From Chitinophagaceae bacterium (GTDB lineage Bacteria; Bacteroidota; Bacteroidia; Chitinophagales; Chitinophagaceae): DNA of 64,000 bases. The stretch lies in the NCBI GenBank assembly GCA_043760535.1, contig JAYUOV010000001.1, positions 1,221-65,220 on the forward strand. Direction: 5' to 3'. The notes under the pieces were generated by a model that was given only the letters and a program-made list of their open reading frames with translations, did not search any database and was not told where the DNA came from. The position numbers and the translations under genes are program-made. The first letter of the stretch is position 1. The number at the start of each line of letters is the position of its first letter. Shown piece after piece: positions 9,066 through 17,429 of this stretch.

Positions 9066-10307
9066 ATGAGCGAAATAATAACCACCGAACCGCACCATGT
9101 ACGCTTGCCCGATGGTAGCATACAAAAGCTTACTACCACCATGAACCTGGGGCCTACGCACCCGGCTACTCATGGTGTGTTTCAGAATATTATAGAGCTG
9201 GATGGCGAAACCATTGTAAGTGCCGTAAGTACAGTAGGCTATATCCACCGGGCTTTTGAAAAATTGGCCGAGCGCCGTCCACTATACCAAATAACTACCA
9301 TAACAGACAGGCTTAACTATTGCAGCAGCCCCATTAACAATATGGGCTGGCATCTTACTTGCGAAAAGTTACTCAGCGTTTCTACTCCTAAACGGGTAGA
9401 TTACCTGCGGGTTATTATTATGGAGCTAGCCCGTATTTCCGATCATCTTATATGTAATTCTATCGTTGGTGTAGATACAGGTGCTTATACCGGTTTTCTC
9501 TACGTAATGCAATACCGGGAACTGATATACGAAATTTACGAGGAAGTTTGCGGCAGTCGCCTTACCACCAACATGGGTCGCATCGGTGGCTTCGAAAGAA
9601 ATTTTACCAATACGGCTTTTGAGAAATTAGAAAAATTTCTTAAAGAATATCCAAAGGTTTTAAAAGAATTTGAAAACCTCTTTGAGCGGAATCGCATATT
9701 TATGGATCGCTGCCAGGGCACCGGCGCCATTACTGCCGAAAGGGCACTCAACTATGGTTTTACCGGCCCTAACCTACGTGCAGCCGGTGTAGATTACGAT
9801 GTAAGAGTTAGCGATCCCTACAGCAGCTATCAGGATTTTGATTTTACCGTACCCGTAGGTACTACCGGCGACAACTACGACCGCTGGCTGGTTCGCAATC
9901 AGGAAATGTGGCAGAGCCTTAGTATTATAGAACAGGCATACAAAAAAGTACAAGCATTTAAAGGCACCGAAGCAGACATTTACCATGCCGATGTGCCAGA
10001 ATATTACCTGCCCATGAAGGCCGATGTTTACACCAAAATGGAAGCCCTCATTTACCATTTCAAAATCATCATGGGCGAAACCGAAATACCAGCTGGCGAA
10101 TTATACCAGGCGGTTGAAGGCGGTAATGGCGAATTGGGTTTTTACCTCATCAGCGATGGTGGCCGTACGCCATATCGTTTGCATTTCCGCAGGCCATGTT
10201 TTATATATTATCAGGCATACCCCGAACTTACAAAAGGCGCTATGATAAGCGATGCCATTGTAACTATGAGCAGTTTAAATTTGATAGCAGGGGAGCTGGA
10301 TGCTTAA
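9066..10307 (+). CDS. nuoD: NADH-quinone oxidoreductase subunit D
   Basis: MNLGPTHPATHGVF, HRAFEKLAE and the C-terminal MSSLNLIAGELDA match NuoD / 49-kDa subunit. Confidence 0.95.
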   Translation: MSEIITTEPHHVRLPDGSIQKLTTTMNLGPTHPATHGVFQNIIELDGETIVSAVSTVGYIHRAFEKLAERRPLYQITTITDRLNYCSSPINNMGWHLTCEKLLSVSTPKRVDYLRVIIMELARISDHLICNSIVGVDTGAYTGFLYVMQYRELIYEIYEEVCGSRLTTNMGRIGGFERNFTNTAFEKLEKFLKEYPKVLKEFENLFERNRIFMDRCQGTGAITAERALNYGFTGPNLRAAGVDYDVRVSDPYSSYQDFDFTVPVGTTGDNYDRWLVRNQEMWQSLSIIEQAYKKVQAFKGTEADIYHADVPEYYLPMKADVYTKMEALIYHFKIIMGETEIPAGELYQAVEGGNGELGFYLISDGGRTPYRLHFRRPCFIYYQAYPELTKGAMISDAIVTMSSLNLIAGELDA

Positions 10308-10542
10308 AAAAAATAAGATGGAAAATGAAATCAAGTATAGAAAAGGGGGCATGGCTATCGTTGGCAGGAAGGTGTCTTTTGCCGAAGCTGATGAAATAGA
10401 CAATGAGTATTGGAGAAATGCTTCTGTCGCAGAAAGGTTTCAAACCCTAATAGATTTAAATTATATGATGTTTGGAAAGAAGCTTGGCCGTATTGCAAAA
10501 GTTGTAAAAAGAAGACATATAAGCGATGAAGAAGCCGATTAG
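10300..10542 (+). CDS. small acidic protein, possible antitoxin-like partner of the next gene
   Basis: 80-aa ORF. Its ATG overlaps the nuoD stop (ATGCTTAA) and its 3' end overlaps the next ORF by 17 nt. SFAEADEIDNEYWRNASVAERFQTLIDL is a motif I associate with small partner proteins of nucleotidyltransferase-like genes. The start is uncertain (internal Mets). Confidence 0.4.
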   Translation: MLKKNKMENEIKYRKGGMAIVGRKVSFAEADEIDNEYWRNASVAERFQTLIDLNYMMFGKKLGRIAKVVKRRHISDEEAD

Positions 10543-10993
10543 TATTCCAAATGACTTCATTGAATTTATTCCTTTGTGCAATAAGCATCAATTAAAGTAC
10601 ATGGTAATAGGCGGTTTTGCGGTCAGCATCCATGGATACCCACGTTCTACAAAAGACATGGACATTTGTATTCAATTAAGCGATGAAAATGCCGAAAAGA
10701 TGTTATTCGTTCTCAAGGAGCTCGGATTCAGTTCATTAAATCTAACTAAAGCTGATTTTTTAGTACCCCATTATTTTACCCAATTGGGCTATGAACCTGT
10801 TAGGATAGACATTATGAACGATATTGATGGTGTAGAATTTGAAGTGGCGTGGCAAAATAAAAAGGTAGTAAAAATGAAAGGTGTGGATTTTAACTTTATA
10901 GGCTATAACGAATTACTAATACTGAAACAATTAGCAGGACGCCCACAAGATTTGGCTGACATATACAAACTGAAACAACGAAATAAAAAATAA
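10526..10993 (+). CDS. minimal nucleotidyltransferase-fold protein (MNT/AbiEii-like family, unassigned)
   Basis: GGFAVSIHGYPRSTKDMDICI fits the hG[GS]x9-13Dh[DE] nucleotidyltransferase motif. The protein is 155 aa and ends 2 bp before nuoE. Confidence 0.55.
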   Translation: MKKPISIPNDFIEFIPLCNKHQLKYMVIGGFAVSIHGYPRSTKDMDICIQLSDENAEKMLFVLKELGFSSLNLTKADFLVPHYFTQLGYEPVRIDIMNDIDGVEFEVAWQNKKVVKMKGVDFNFIGYNELLILKQLAGRPQDLADIYKLKQRNKK

Positions 10994-10995
10994 GA

Positions 10996-11499
10996 ATGGC
11001 AATTCAATTTTCAGAACAACAACTTGCCGAGGTGCAAGAACTTATTTCCCACTATCCAAAAGGGAAACAGAAAAGTGCATTGATACCTGTGTTGCACATG
11101 GCGCAAGACGAGTTTGGCGGATGGCTAAGTAGCGACACCATGGATTATGTGGCCAGCCTGCTGCAACTAGAACCGATAGAAGTGTACGAAGTGGCCACCT
11201 TTTATAGCATGTACAATCTTACACCCGTAGGCAAACATGTGTTCGAAGTATGCCAAACTGGCCCTTGTATGCTCAATGGAAGCGACAATATTATCGACTA
11301 CATTAAACAGAAACTCGATATAAAAGTAGGTGGTACAAGTGCGGATGGCTTATTTACCCTAAAGACTGTGGAGTGCCTTGGTGCTTGTGGCTATGCACCC
11401 ATGATGCAGATGGGCAAAACTTACAGGGAACATTTAACCAAAGAAAAAGTAGATGCCATAATAGAGGAGTGTAGAAATACGGCTGCAAGAAATAATTAG
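10996..11499 (+). CDS. nuoE: NADH-quinone oxidoreductase subunit E
   Basis: VCQTGPCMLNGS and ECLGACGYAPMMQ are the 2Fe-2S cysteine motifs of NuoE. Confidence 0.95.
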   Translation: MAIQFSEQQLAEVQELISHYPKGKQKSALIPVLHMAQDEFGGWLSSDTMDYVASLLQLEPIEVYEVATFYSMYNLTPVGKHVFEVCQTGPCMLNGSDNIIDYIKQKLDIKVGGTSADGLFTLKTVECLGACGYAPMMQMGKTYREHLTKEKVDAIIEECRNTAARNN

Positions 11500-11506
11500 G
11501 GCGTAA

Positions 11507-11600
11507 CCCCGGCGAAAACCAGCCGGGGTCGGGCTTTCCGTTCCAATTTTTTTTGGCCATTCTTGTACTTCTTTTAGGGTTGGTGGCCGGCCAAAAAAAG
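11507..11600 (+). terminator. two hairpins immediately after nuoE (possible internal attenuator or terminator)
   Basis: CCCCGGC-GAAAACCA-GCCGGGG at 11507-11528 is followed some bases later by a T8 run. TTTTTTTGGCC ... GGCCAAAAAAA at 11548-11600 forms a second hairpin. Confidence 0.35.
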
Positions 11601-11732
11601 ATTTCCACTGCAATCCCTTACGCAGCAAACACACACCGCTAAATAAATTAGAAGCTTTAATTTTTAACACAAGCAAACACACTATCAATCACCAAATTTC
11701 ATACCCAAAGCCTTCAGCCTTGGGAAAACAAC

Positions 11733-12167
11733 ATGAAAACACTATTCTTCTTAGTTACGCTGTTTACATGTTTTGCAGCAGTAGGCCAAAGTAAAGATGA
11801 AACAACCATCATTTTCAGAACCTACCTGCTATGCCGCACTGTTTTTGGCAGCAAAGACAGCCTCACACTCGAAAACCTGTTTGCACAAACATCCACCTAC
11901 GGTCATTCTAACGGAAATGTACAAAACAGGGCACAAGCAATTAAGAGCATTTGTAGCAATAAAAGCAATTATACCGATACTTCCATCAGCAAAATGACGG
12001 TACATATAACCGGAAAAACGGCAATCTCAAGGCATTTGTTTAAGTGCAACGAAAACAAACCCAACGGAATCGTTTCTAAACTAGATTTTGCAATGACTTT
12101 GGTATGGGTAAAAGAAAAGAACGTTTGGTGCTTATTTGGTAGGCAGGCTTCCTTTATCGCTTTTTAA
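11733..12167 (+). CDS. secreted NTF2-fold protein (SnoaL/DUF4440-like)
   Basis: Signal peptide, then the pattern LFAQTSTYGHSNGNVQNRAQAIK ... ISKMTVHITGKTAI ... MTLVWVKEKNVW, typical of DUF4440-like proteins. Confidence 0.5.
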   Translation: MKTLFFLVTLFTCFAAVGQSKDETTIIFRTYLLCRTVFGSKDSLTLENLFAQTSTYGHSNGNVQNRAQAIKSICSNKSNYTDTSISKMTVHITGKTAISRHLFKCNENKPNGIVSKLDFAMTLVWVKEKNVWCLFGRQASFIAF

Positions 12168-12172
12168 TAAAA

Positions 12173-12525
12173 ATGGGAATAACAACAGCAATATTGAGGG
12201 TAAAGGAGCATCACAAATCTAGAAAAGTTGCTGATACAGGTTTTCTGATGTATAGTGGGGCGGTTTATAGCCTGGTGCCGGGCAAAGTGTTAGATCGGTT
12301 GGAAATAGAAACGTACCGAAAACTCCCTTTTCTTTGGCACACAGTACGAGTAACAATCGGCAGGTAAGTTTAGCATATTTTGAATTTGAGGGAGAGGGCA
12401 CCCCGGCTTCGGTTATTTATGGCTAAGAAGAAGATACACCATTACTTGGTGCAACCACATTAGGATATCAATTGGGTTGGTGTTGTAACTTTTTAGAAAA
12501 ACGCTGCGCCCTATGCAAAAGTTAA
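12173..12525 (+). pseudogene. decayed retropepsin-like (clan AA, AF_0612-type) aspartic protease
   Basis: Frame 2 gives VADTGF..AVYSLVPGKVLDRLEIE. The continuation is in another frame (AYFEFEGEGTPASVIYG-TAA-EEDTPLLGATTLGYQLG). That makes at least one frameshift plus an in-frame TAA at 12424-12426. Confidence 0.5.
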
Positions 12526-12555
12526 TGGCTGGTTTATACAATAAAAAGTAAATAA

Positions 12556-12963
12556 ATGAAACTAACACCTTACCTCCATTTTGCTGGTAATGCAGCCGAA
12601 GCTTTAGAGTTTTACAAAGCAGCATTTGGCGGTGAAATAACCATGAGAAGCACCTACGGCGATAGCCCAAAGCATACTGAGCCAGAATGGAAAGATAAGC
12701 TGATGCATGCCCGTTTGGTGTTTGGAAATAATATGATGATGCTATCCGATTCGTTTAAAGGACAAGAACCCCTAAAAATGGGAAACGTACAATTAAGCCT
12801 GGAAATAAGCGACGCAGCAAGAATAGAAACCATATTTAGTGCCATAGCCGAAGGTGGTACTGTAACCATGCCGCTTCAAGATCAGTTTTGGGGTGCAAAA
12901 TTTGGTACGTTGATAGATAAATTTGGCATTAGCTGGATGTTTAACCATGAATTAAAAAAGTAA
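12556..12963 (+). CDS. VOC-family (glyoxalase/PhnB-like) protein
   Basis: MKLTPYLHFAGNAAEALEFYKAAFG ... LMHARL ... PLQDQFWGAKFGTLIDKFGISWMFN is the PhnB/YjdN-like pattern. Confidence 0.8.
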   Translation: MKLTPYLHFAGNAAEALEFYKAAFGGEITMRSTYGDSPKHTEPEWKDKLMHARLVFGNNMMMLSDSFKGQEPLKMGNVQLSLEISDAARIETIFSAIAEGGTVTMPLQDQFWGAKFGTLIDKFGISWMFNHELKK

Positions 12964-13366
12964 ATGAATTAAATAATATCACATTAAAAATCAGCAAAGG
13001 CAATAACTCGGTATAAGTTATTGCGAGTATTTCAGAATGGTGTTACTTGTATTATTAACCTAACACTATAGAAAGCAACAAGTGTTATTGAATTTTTGTA
13101 TAACAATAAATATTTTAAAGTATTCAAAATAACATACTCCAAAAAGTTAGAATGGAATGAATAGATAGATATAGGTTCTTTTGCTTTTTATTTGTAACAC
13201 TTATTTGCTATGTGGAGCTTAATTGTTTACAAAAAATGGTTAAAGAAAAAAAGGAAAGAAAAATGTTTTTAAGTCTTTGATAATTGAAAATTCGGTATTA
13301 ACAATAGTTAGCAAAAGAGAGTAAAAAAAAGTAAAAACTACCGCCTAAAAACGGCTAATAATTAAT

Positions 13367-14719
13367 ATGGCAAGAAAATTACTGTTAGAAAAAGCCCACA
13401 TACCCAACATTCGCCTGTACGATGTGTACCGCCGTGAGGGCGGCTATCGAAGTGTTGAAAAAGCTTTTAAAGAAATGGGGCCTGAGGCAATAGTGGAAGA
13501 AGTAAAAAAAAGCGGACTACGTGGCCGCGGCGGAGCCGGCTTTCCCACAGGAATGAAGTGGAGTTTCATTGCCAAGCCCGAAGGGGTTCCCCGCCACCTT
13601 GTGGTAAATGCCGATGAAAGCGAACCCGGTACTTTTAAAGATCGTTACCTGATGGAATTTTTGCCGCACCTACTGTTAGAAGGTATGATTGTATCATCTT
13701 TTGCCCTGGGTGCTAATGTTTCTTACATCTACATTCGTGGCGAATATGCCTGGATTGTGGATATATTAGAGCAAGCCATAGCCGAAGCCAAACACCATGG
13801 CTGGCTGGGTAAAAACATTTTAGGCAGTGGTTTCGACCATGAAATTTACATACAACGTGGTGCCGGTGCATACATCTGCGGCGAAGAAACCGCTTTACTG
13901 GAAAGCCTGGAAGGCAAACGTGGCAACCCAAGATTGAAACCACCTTTCCCGGCTGTAAAAGGCGTTTGGGAACGGCCAACGGTGGTAAATAATGTAGAAT
14001 CTATTGCGGCTGTGGGCCCAATTATCAATATTGGTGGCGAAGAATACGCTAAAATAGGTGTAGGTAAAAGCACCGGAACCAAACTCATTTCTGCCTGCGG
14101 CAATATTCGTAAGCCGGGTGTGTACGAAATAGACATGACGCAGAGCGTAGAAGAATTTATTTACAGCGATGAATATTGTGGCGGCATTGCCAACGGTAAA
14201 AGATTAAAAGCATGTATCCCTGGTGGCTCATCTGTGCCTATCTTGCCAGCGAATTTAATGTTAAAAACAGCTAAGGGGGATCCTCGGTATATGAGCTACG
14301 AAAGCCTGTCAGATGGTGGTTTTGCTACAGGTACCATGATGGGTAGTGGGGGCTTTATAGTACTGGATGAAAACCAATGTGTGGTACGCCACACTTACAG
14401 TCTTGCTCGTTTTTACCGCCACGAAAGCTGTGGCCAATGCAGCCCCTGCCGCGAAGGCACCGGCTGGATGGAGAAAATTTTGCTGAACATAGAAAGCGGC
14501 AAAGGCAAAATGAGTGATATTGATTTGCTTTGGGATATACAAAGGAAAATAGAAGGTAACACCATTTGTCCATTGGGAGATGCTGCTGCCTGGCCTGTGG
14601 CCGCTGCAATCCGTCATTTTAGAGATGAATTTGAATGGCATGTTTTGAATCCTCAGGAATGCCAGACCAGCAATTACGGATTAAGGCATTATGCAGATGA
14701 ATTGCATATACCGGCATAG
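13367..14719 (+). CDS. nuoF: NADH-quinone oxidoreductase subunit F
   Basis: GLRGRGGAGFPTGMKW (FMN/NADH site), ESCGQCSPCREG and CPLGDAA (N3 cluster). Confidence 0.95.
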   Translation: MARKLLLEKAHIPNIRLYDVYRREGGYRSVEKAFKEMGPEAIVEEVKKSGLRGRGGAGFPTGMKWSFIAKPEGVPRHLVVNADESEPGTFKDRYLMEFLPHLLLEGMIVSSFALGANVSYIYIRGEYAWIVDILEQAIAEAKHHGWLGKNILGSGFDHEIYIQRGAGAYICGEETALLESLEGKRGNPRLKPPFPAVKGVWERPTVVNNVESIAAVGPIINIGGEEYAKIGVGKSTGTKLISACGNIRKPGVYEIDMTQSVEEFIYSDEYCGGIANGKRLKACIPGGSSVPILPANLMLKTAKGDPRYMSYESLSDGGFATGTMMGSGGFIVLDENQCVVRHTYSLARFYRHESCGQCSPCREGTGWMEKILLNIESGKGKMSDIDLLWDIQRKIEGNTICPLGDAAAWPVAAAIRHFRDEFEWHVLNPQECQTSNYGLRHYADELHIPA

Positions 14720-14742
14720 AGTAAATGAACGCTAAACACTAA

Positions 14743-15768
14743 ATGGAGAAAATAACCAACATAGAAATCAAAAATTTTAAAAGCATTAAGTACGTTGCAA
14801 TGAATAATTGTAAACGGATTAATGTTTTTGTTGGGCCGCCGAATGTTGGGAAGAGTAATGTGCTGGAGGCATTGGGTTTATTTATGTTGGGGAATATAAA
14901 CGATGTTGATCTTAGAGAGCTTCTAAGGTTTGAGAACTATAGCAATTTGTTTTACAACAATAATTTCAATACAAGTATCGAGATTAATCTTGACGGGAAT
15001 GAAAAAATTGATATATCCATAAAAAAGAGAGAGGTTCTTGTTTGGTCAAGTTCTAACAAGATGTCTTTTAAAATGCAAGTGCCACTAGACAATTTTAAAA
15101 TAAACGTTTGGGAGCATGGCGTGGGAAGTGAAGGTTACGACCAACAAGAAAGACTAAACATTAAGAAGTATTCTTTCAAAGAAGAAGGGGAAGCATTTTC
15201 ACTTGAGTACAAAAAGGAATTAGATGCTCCTTTTGGTGAAAATTTAGCAGATGTAATTAAATCTAACGAAGAGTTTAAAAAGGAGGTTATCGAAATATTC
15301 AGGGCTTATCAACTTAAATACGGTACTGATGAAAATGGTAAAATTAGAATTGTTAAAGAGCATGTAGATCAGCAAGTAGTGATTTTTCCTTACAAACAAA
15401 TGGCGGATACTTTACGTCGCCTCATTTTTTATAAAGCAGCAATAGCCTGTAATAGAGATACAGTGCTGCTGTTTGAAGAACCCGAATCACACATGTTTCC
15501 CCCATACATTTCAAAATTCACATCCGATATCATACACGACGCAAATAACAACCAATATTTCATTGCCACACACAGCCCCTATGTTTTAAACGATTTAATG
15601 GAAGATGCCAGAGAAGATTTAGCCATTTTTCTTGTTGACTATAAAAATGGCGAAACATTGATACATAAAATGAGCGACGCCGATATGCATGAAGCCTATC
15701 AGTTTGGGTACGACTTTTTTCTTAACATGAAAAATTTTATGCCCACAGACTCCCATGAAAAAGTATGA
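14743..15768 (+). CDS. ABC-type (AAA_15/AAA_21-like, OLD/RecF-like) ATPase
   Basis: Walker A GPPNVGKS (aa 31-38), signature-like MADTLRR, Walker B VLLFEEPESHMFP, and H-loop IATHSP. It starts 23 bp after the nuoF stop and is visibly more AT-rich than the flanking nuo genes. Confidence 0.75.
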   Translation: MEKITNIEIKNFKSIKYVAMNNCKRINVFVGPPNVGKSNVLEALGLFMLGNINDVDLRELLRFENYSNLFYNNNFNTSIEINLDGNEKIDISIKKREVLVWSSSNKMSFKMQVPLDNFKINVWEHGVGSEGYDQQERLNIKKYSFKEEGEAFSLEYKKELDAPFGENLADVIKSNEEFKKEVIEIFRAYQLKYGTDENGKIRIVKEHVDQQVVIFPYKQMADTLRRLIFYKAAIACNRDTVLLFEEPESHMFPPYISKFTSDIIHDANNNQYFIATHSPYVLNDLMEDAREDLAIFLVDYKNGETLIHKMSDADMHEAYQFGYDFFLNMKNFMPTDSHEKV

Positions 15769-16309
15769 TGAAAGTTGGTGGATGCACTTTGTGCCGGAAT
15801 GTTATTTTGATACAGTTCTTTTAAAAAGGTTGCTGGGAACTAACAAACGGGTTTTACATGTGCATGGGTGCAACAATGTGATAAACAAATTGAAAGGAAA
15901 GTTTTTGAATGATGATTTCGGTGTGGGATTGATTGATAAAGATAAAATTGAAATAGATTACTTAAAAGAAAGTGAAGTTGTTAGGGAAGTGGATGGTTTA
16001 ATAATTTGGAAAAACAAAATAAAAATGCATTTTGTTTTTCAATTGAACCCACCAATAGAAAAATGGCTTATTAAGATTTTGAATGATGAAGGTTTAAAAA
16101 TTGAAAACTTTGGATATCCTTCGGAATTCAAAAAATTGAAGAAAGGGATCAAGGATGATATTGATGACGAAAACGATATCAAACTTAATAAACTGGTTGA
16201 TGCTATTATTGCAACCAATTGCGAAACAATCAGGGTGTTTAAAGCATCGCTAATGTATTTAAAGGAAAAAAATTACGCCGCCGATATAAACGAATTGAAA
16301 AATGTCTGA
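15755..16309 (+). CDS. small TOPRIM-like protein (DUF4435/DUF4276-like), partner of the ATPase
   Basis: 184 aa. FVPE(15)CYFD(19)TVLL, then HVHGCNNV, then GLID(61)KD(63)K give an E...DxD arrangement with TOPRIM-like spacing. It overlaps the ATPase gene by 14 nt and the nuoG start by 8 nt. Confidence 0.45.
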   Translation: MKKYDESWWMHFVPECYFDTVLLKRLLGTNKRVLHVHGCNNVINKLKGKFLNDDFGVGLIDKDKIEIDYLKESEVVREVDGLIIWKNKIKMHFVFQLNPPIEKWLIKILNDEGLKIENFGYPSEFKKLKKGIKDDIDDENDIKLNKLVDAIIATNCETIRVFKASLMYLKEKNYAADINELKNV

Positions 16310-17402
16310 ACCAACACCATTATTTAAAGTCACCATCGACAACATTACCGTGGAAGTACCCGCGGGTACCACTATTTTGCAGGCTGCCCGTAAGGTAGGC
16401 GGCGAAGTGGCTCCACCCGCTATGTGCTTTTACACACCGTTGCAAGGCAGCGGTGGTAAATGCCGCACCTGCCTGGTAGAAGTAAGCAAAGGCAGCGAAA
16501 AAGATCCACGCCCCATGCCCAAGCTGGTGGCAAGCTGCCGCACTACAGTTATGGATGGTATGGAAGTAAAAAATATTACCAGCGAAAAAGTGATAGATGC
16601 CAGAGCCGGAGTGGTAGAATTTTTATTGATAAATCACCCATTGGATTGCCCTGTTTGCGATCAGGCAGGAGAATGCCATTTGCAGGATTTGGGTTATCAG
16701 CATGGAAAAGAAGGTACACGGTACGAATTTCAGCGCCGCACTTTTAAAAAGCATAATCTTGGCCCGTACATTCAGCTCCACATGACCCGCTGTATTATGT
16801 GTTTCCGCTGTGTTTTTACTGCCGATCAGGTTACCCAAAAAAGAGTACACGGTATATTAAGCCGTGGCGACCATGCAGAAATTGCTACTTACATAGAAAA
16901 AAGCCTCGACAACGATTTTATAGGCAATGTAATAGATGTTTGCCCTGTGGGAGCCTTAACAGACAGAACATTTCGCTTTAAAAACAGGGTTTGGTTTACC
17001 AAACCTGTAGATGCCCACCGTGATTGTGAAAAATGCTGCGGGAAAACTACTTTGTGGCTTCGTGGCGACGAAGTTTTTAGGGTTACCGCCCGTAAAGATG
17101 AGTGGGGCGAAATTATTAATACAGAGGAAGGCATACCAGGATGGATTTGTAACGAATGCAGGTTCGAAAAAAAGAAAGTAAGCGATTGGACAATAGAAGG
17201 CCCAACCAAAGTAAGCCGACATTCCGTTATTTCGCAGGGTCATTACGAGGTGTTGCAAAAGCCAAAAGAAGTGTTATACGATGTACTCACCACCCACAAG
17301 CCAAGGCTACTAATGGATATCCATAGCGTAAGCGAAGTAAACAAACCCAAAACCGAACTGAGCCAGATTAGTGGCCCGGCACACTCAACCGATTTTAAAT
17401 AA
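16302..17402 (+). CDS. nuoG: NADH-quinone oxidoreductase subunit G (short Bacteroidota form)
   Basis: N-terminal 2Fe-2S ferredoxin (CFYTPLQGSGGKCRTCLVE), HPLDCPVCDQAGECHLQD, and CIMCFRCV...CPVGAL. Confidence 0.9.
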   Translation: MSEPTPLFKVTIDNITVEVPAGTTILQAARKVGGEVAPPAMCFYTPLQGSGGKCRTCLVEVSKGSEKDPRPMPKLVASCRTTVMDGMEVKNITSEKVIDARAGVVEFLLINHPLDCPVCDQAGECHLQDLGYQHGKEGTRYEFQRRTFKKHNLGPYIQLHMTRCIMCFRCVFTADQVTQKRVHGILSRGDHAEIATYIEKSLDNDFIGNVIDVCPVGALTDRTFRFKNRVWFTKPVDAHRDCEKCCGKTTLWLRGDEVFRVTARKDEWGEIINTEEGIPGWICNECRFEKKKVSDWTIEGPTKVSRHSVISQGHYEVLQKPKEVLYDVLTTHKPRLLMDIHSVSEVNKPKTELSQISGPAHSTDFK

Positions 17403-17429
17403 AGCACCTGATTTTAAATACACAGATTC

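Noticed and set aside
14743-16309. Calling the ATPase/TOPRIM-like pair a bona fide PARIS, Gabija or Septu system
   Set aside because: The partner protein is far smaller than the AriB or GajB proteins I know and lacks an HNH motif. Only the general ATPase-plus-TOPRIM logic is shared, so it is reported as an unclassified candidate instead.
16302-17402. nuoG looks truncated (366 aa against ~900 aa in E. coli)
   Set aside because: All N-terminal Fe-S motifs are present, and the short form lacking the molybdopterin-like domain is the usual Bacteroidota architecture. There is no remnant of the missing part downstream, and nuoH follows after 27 bp.
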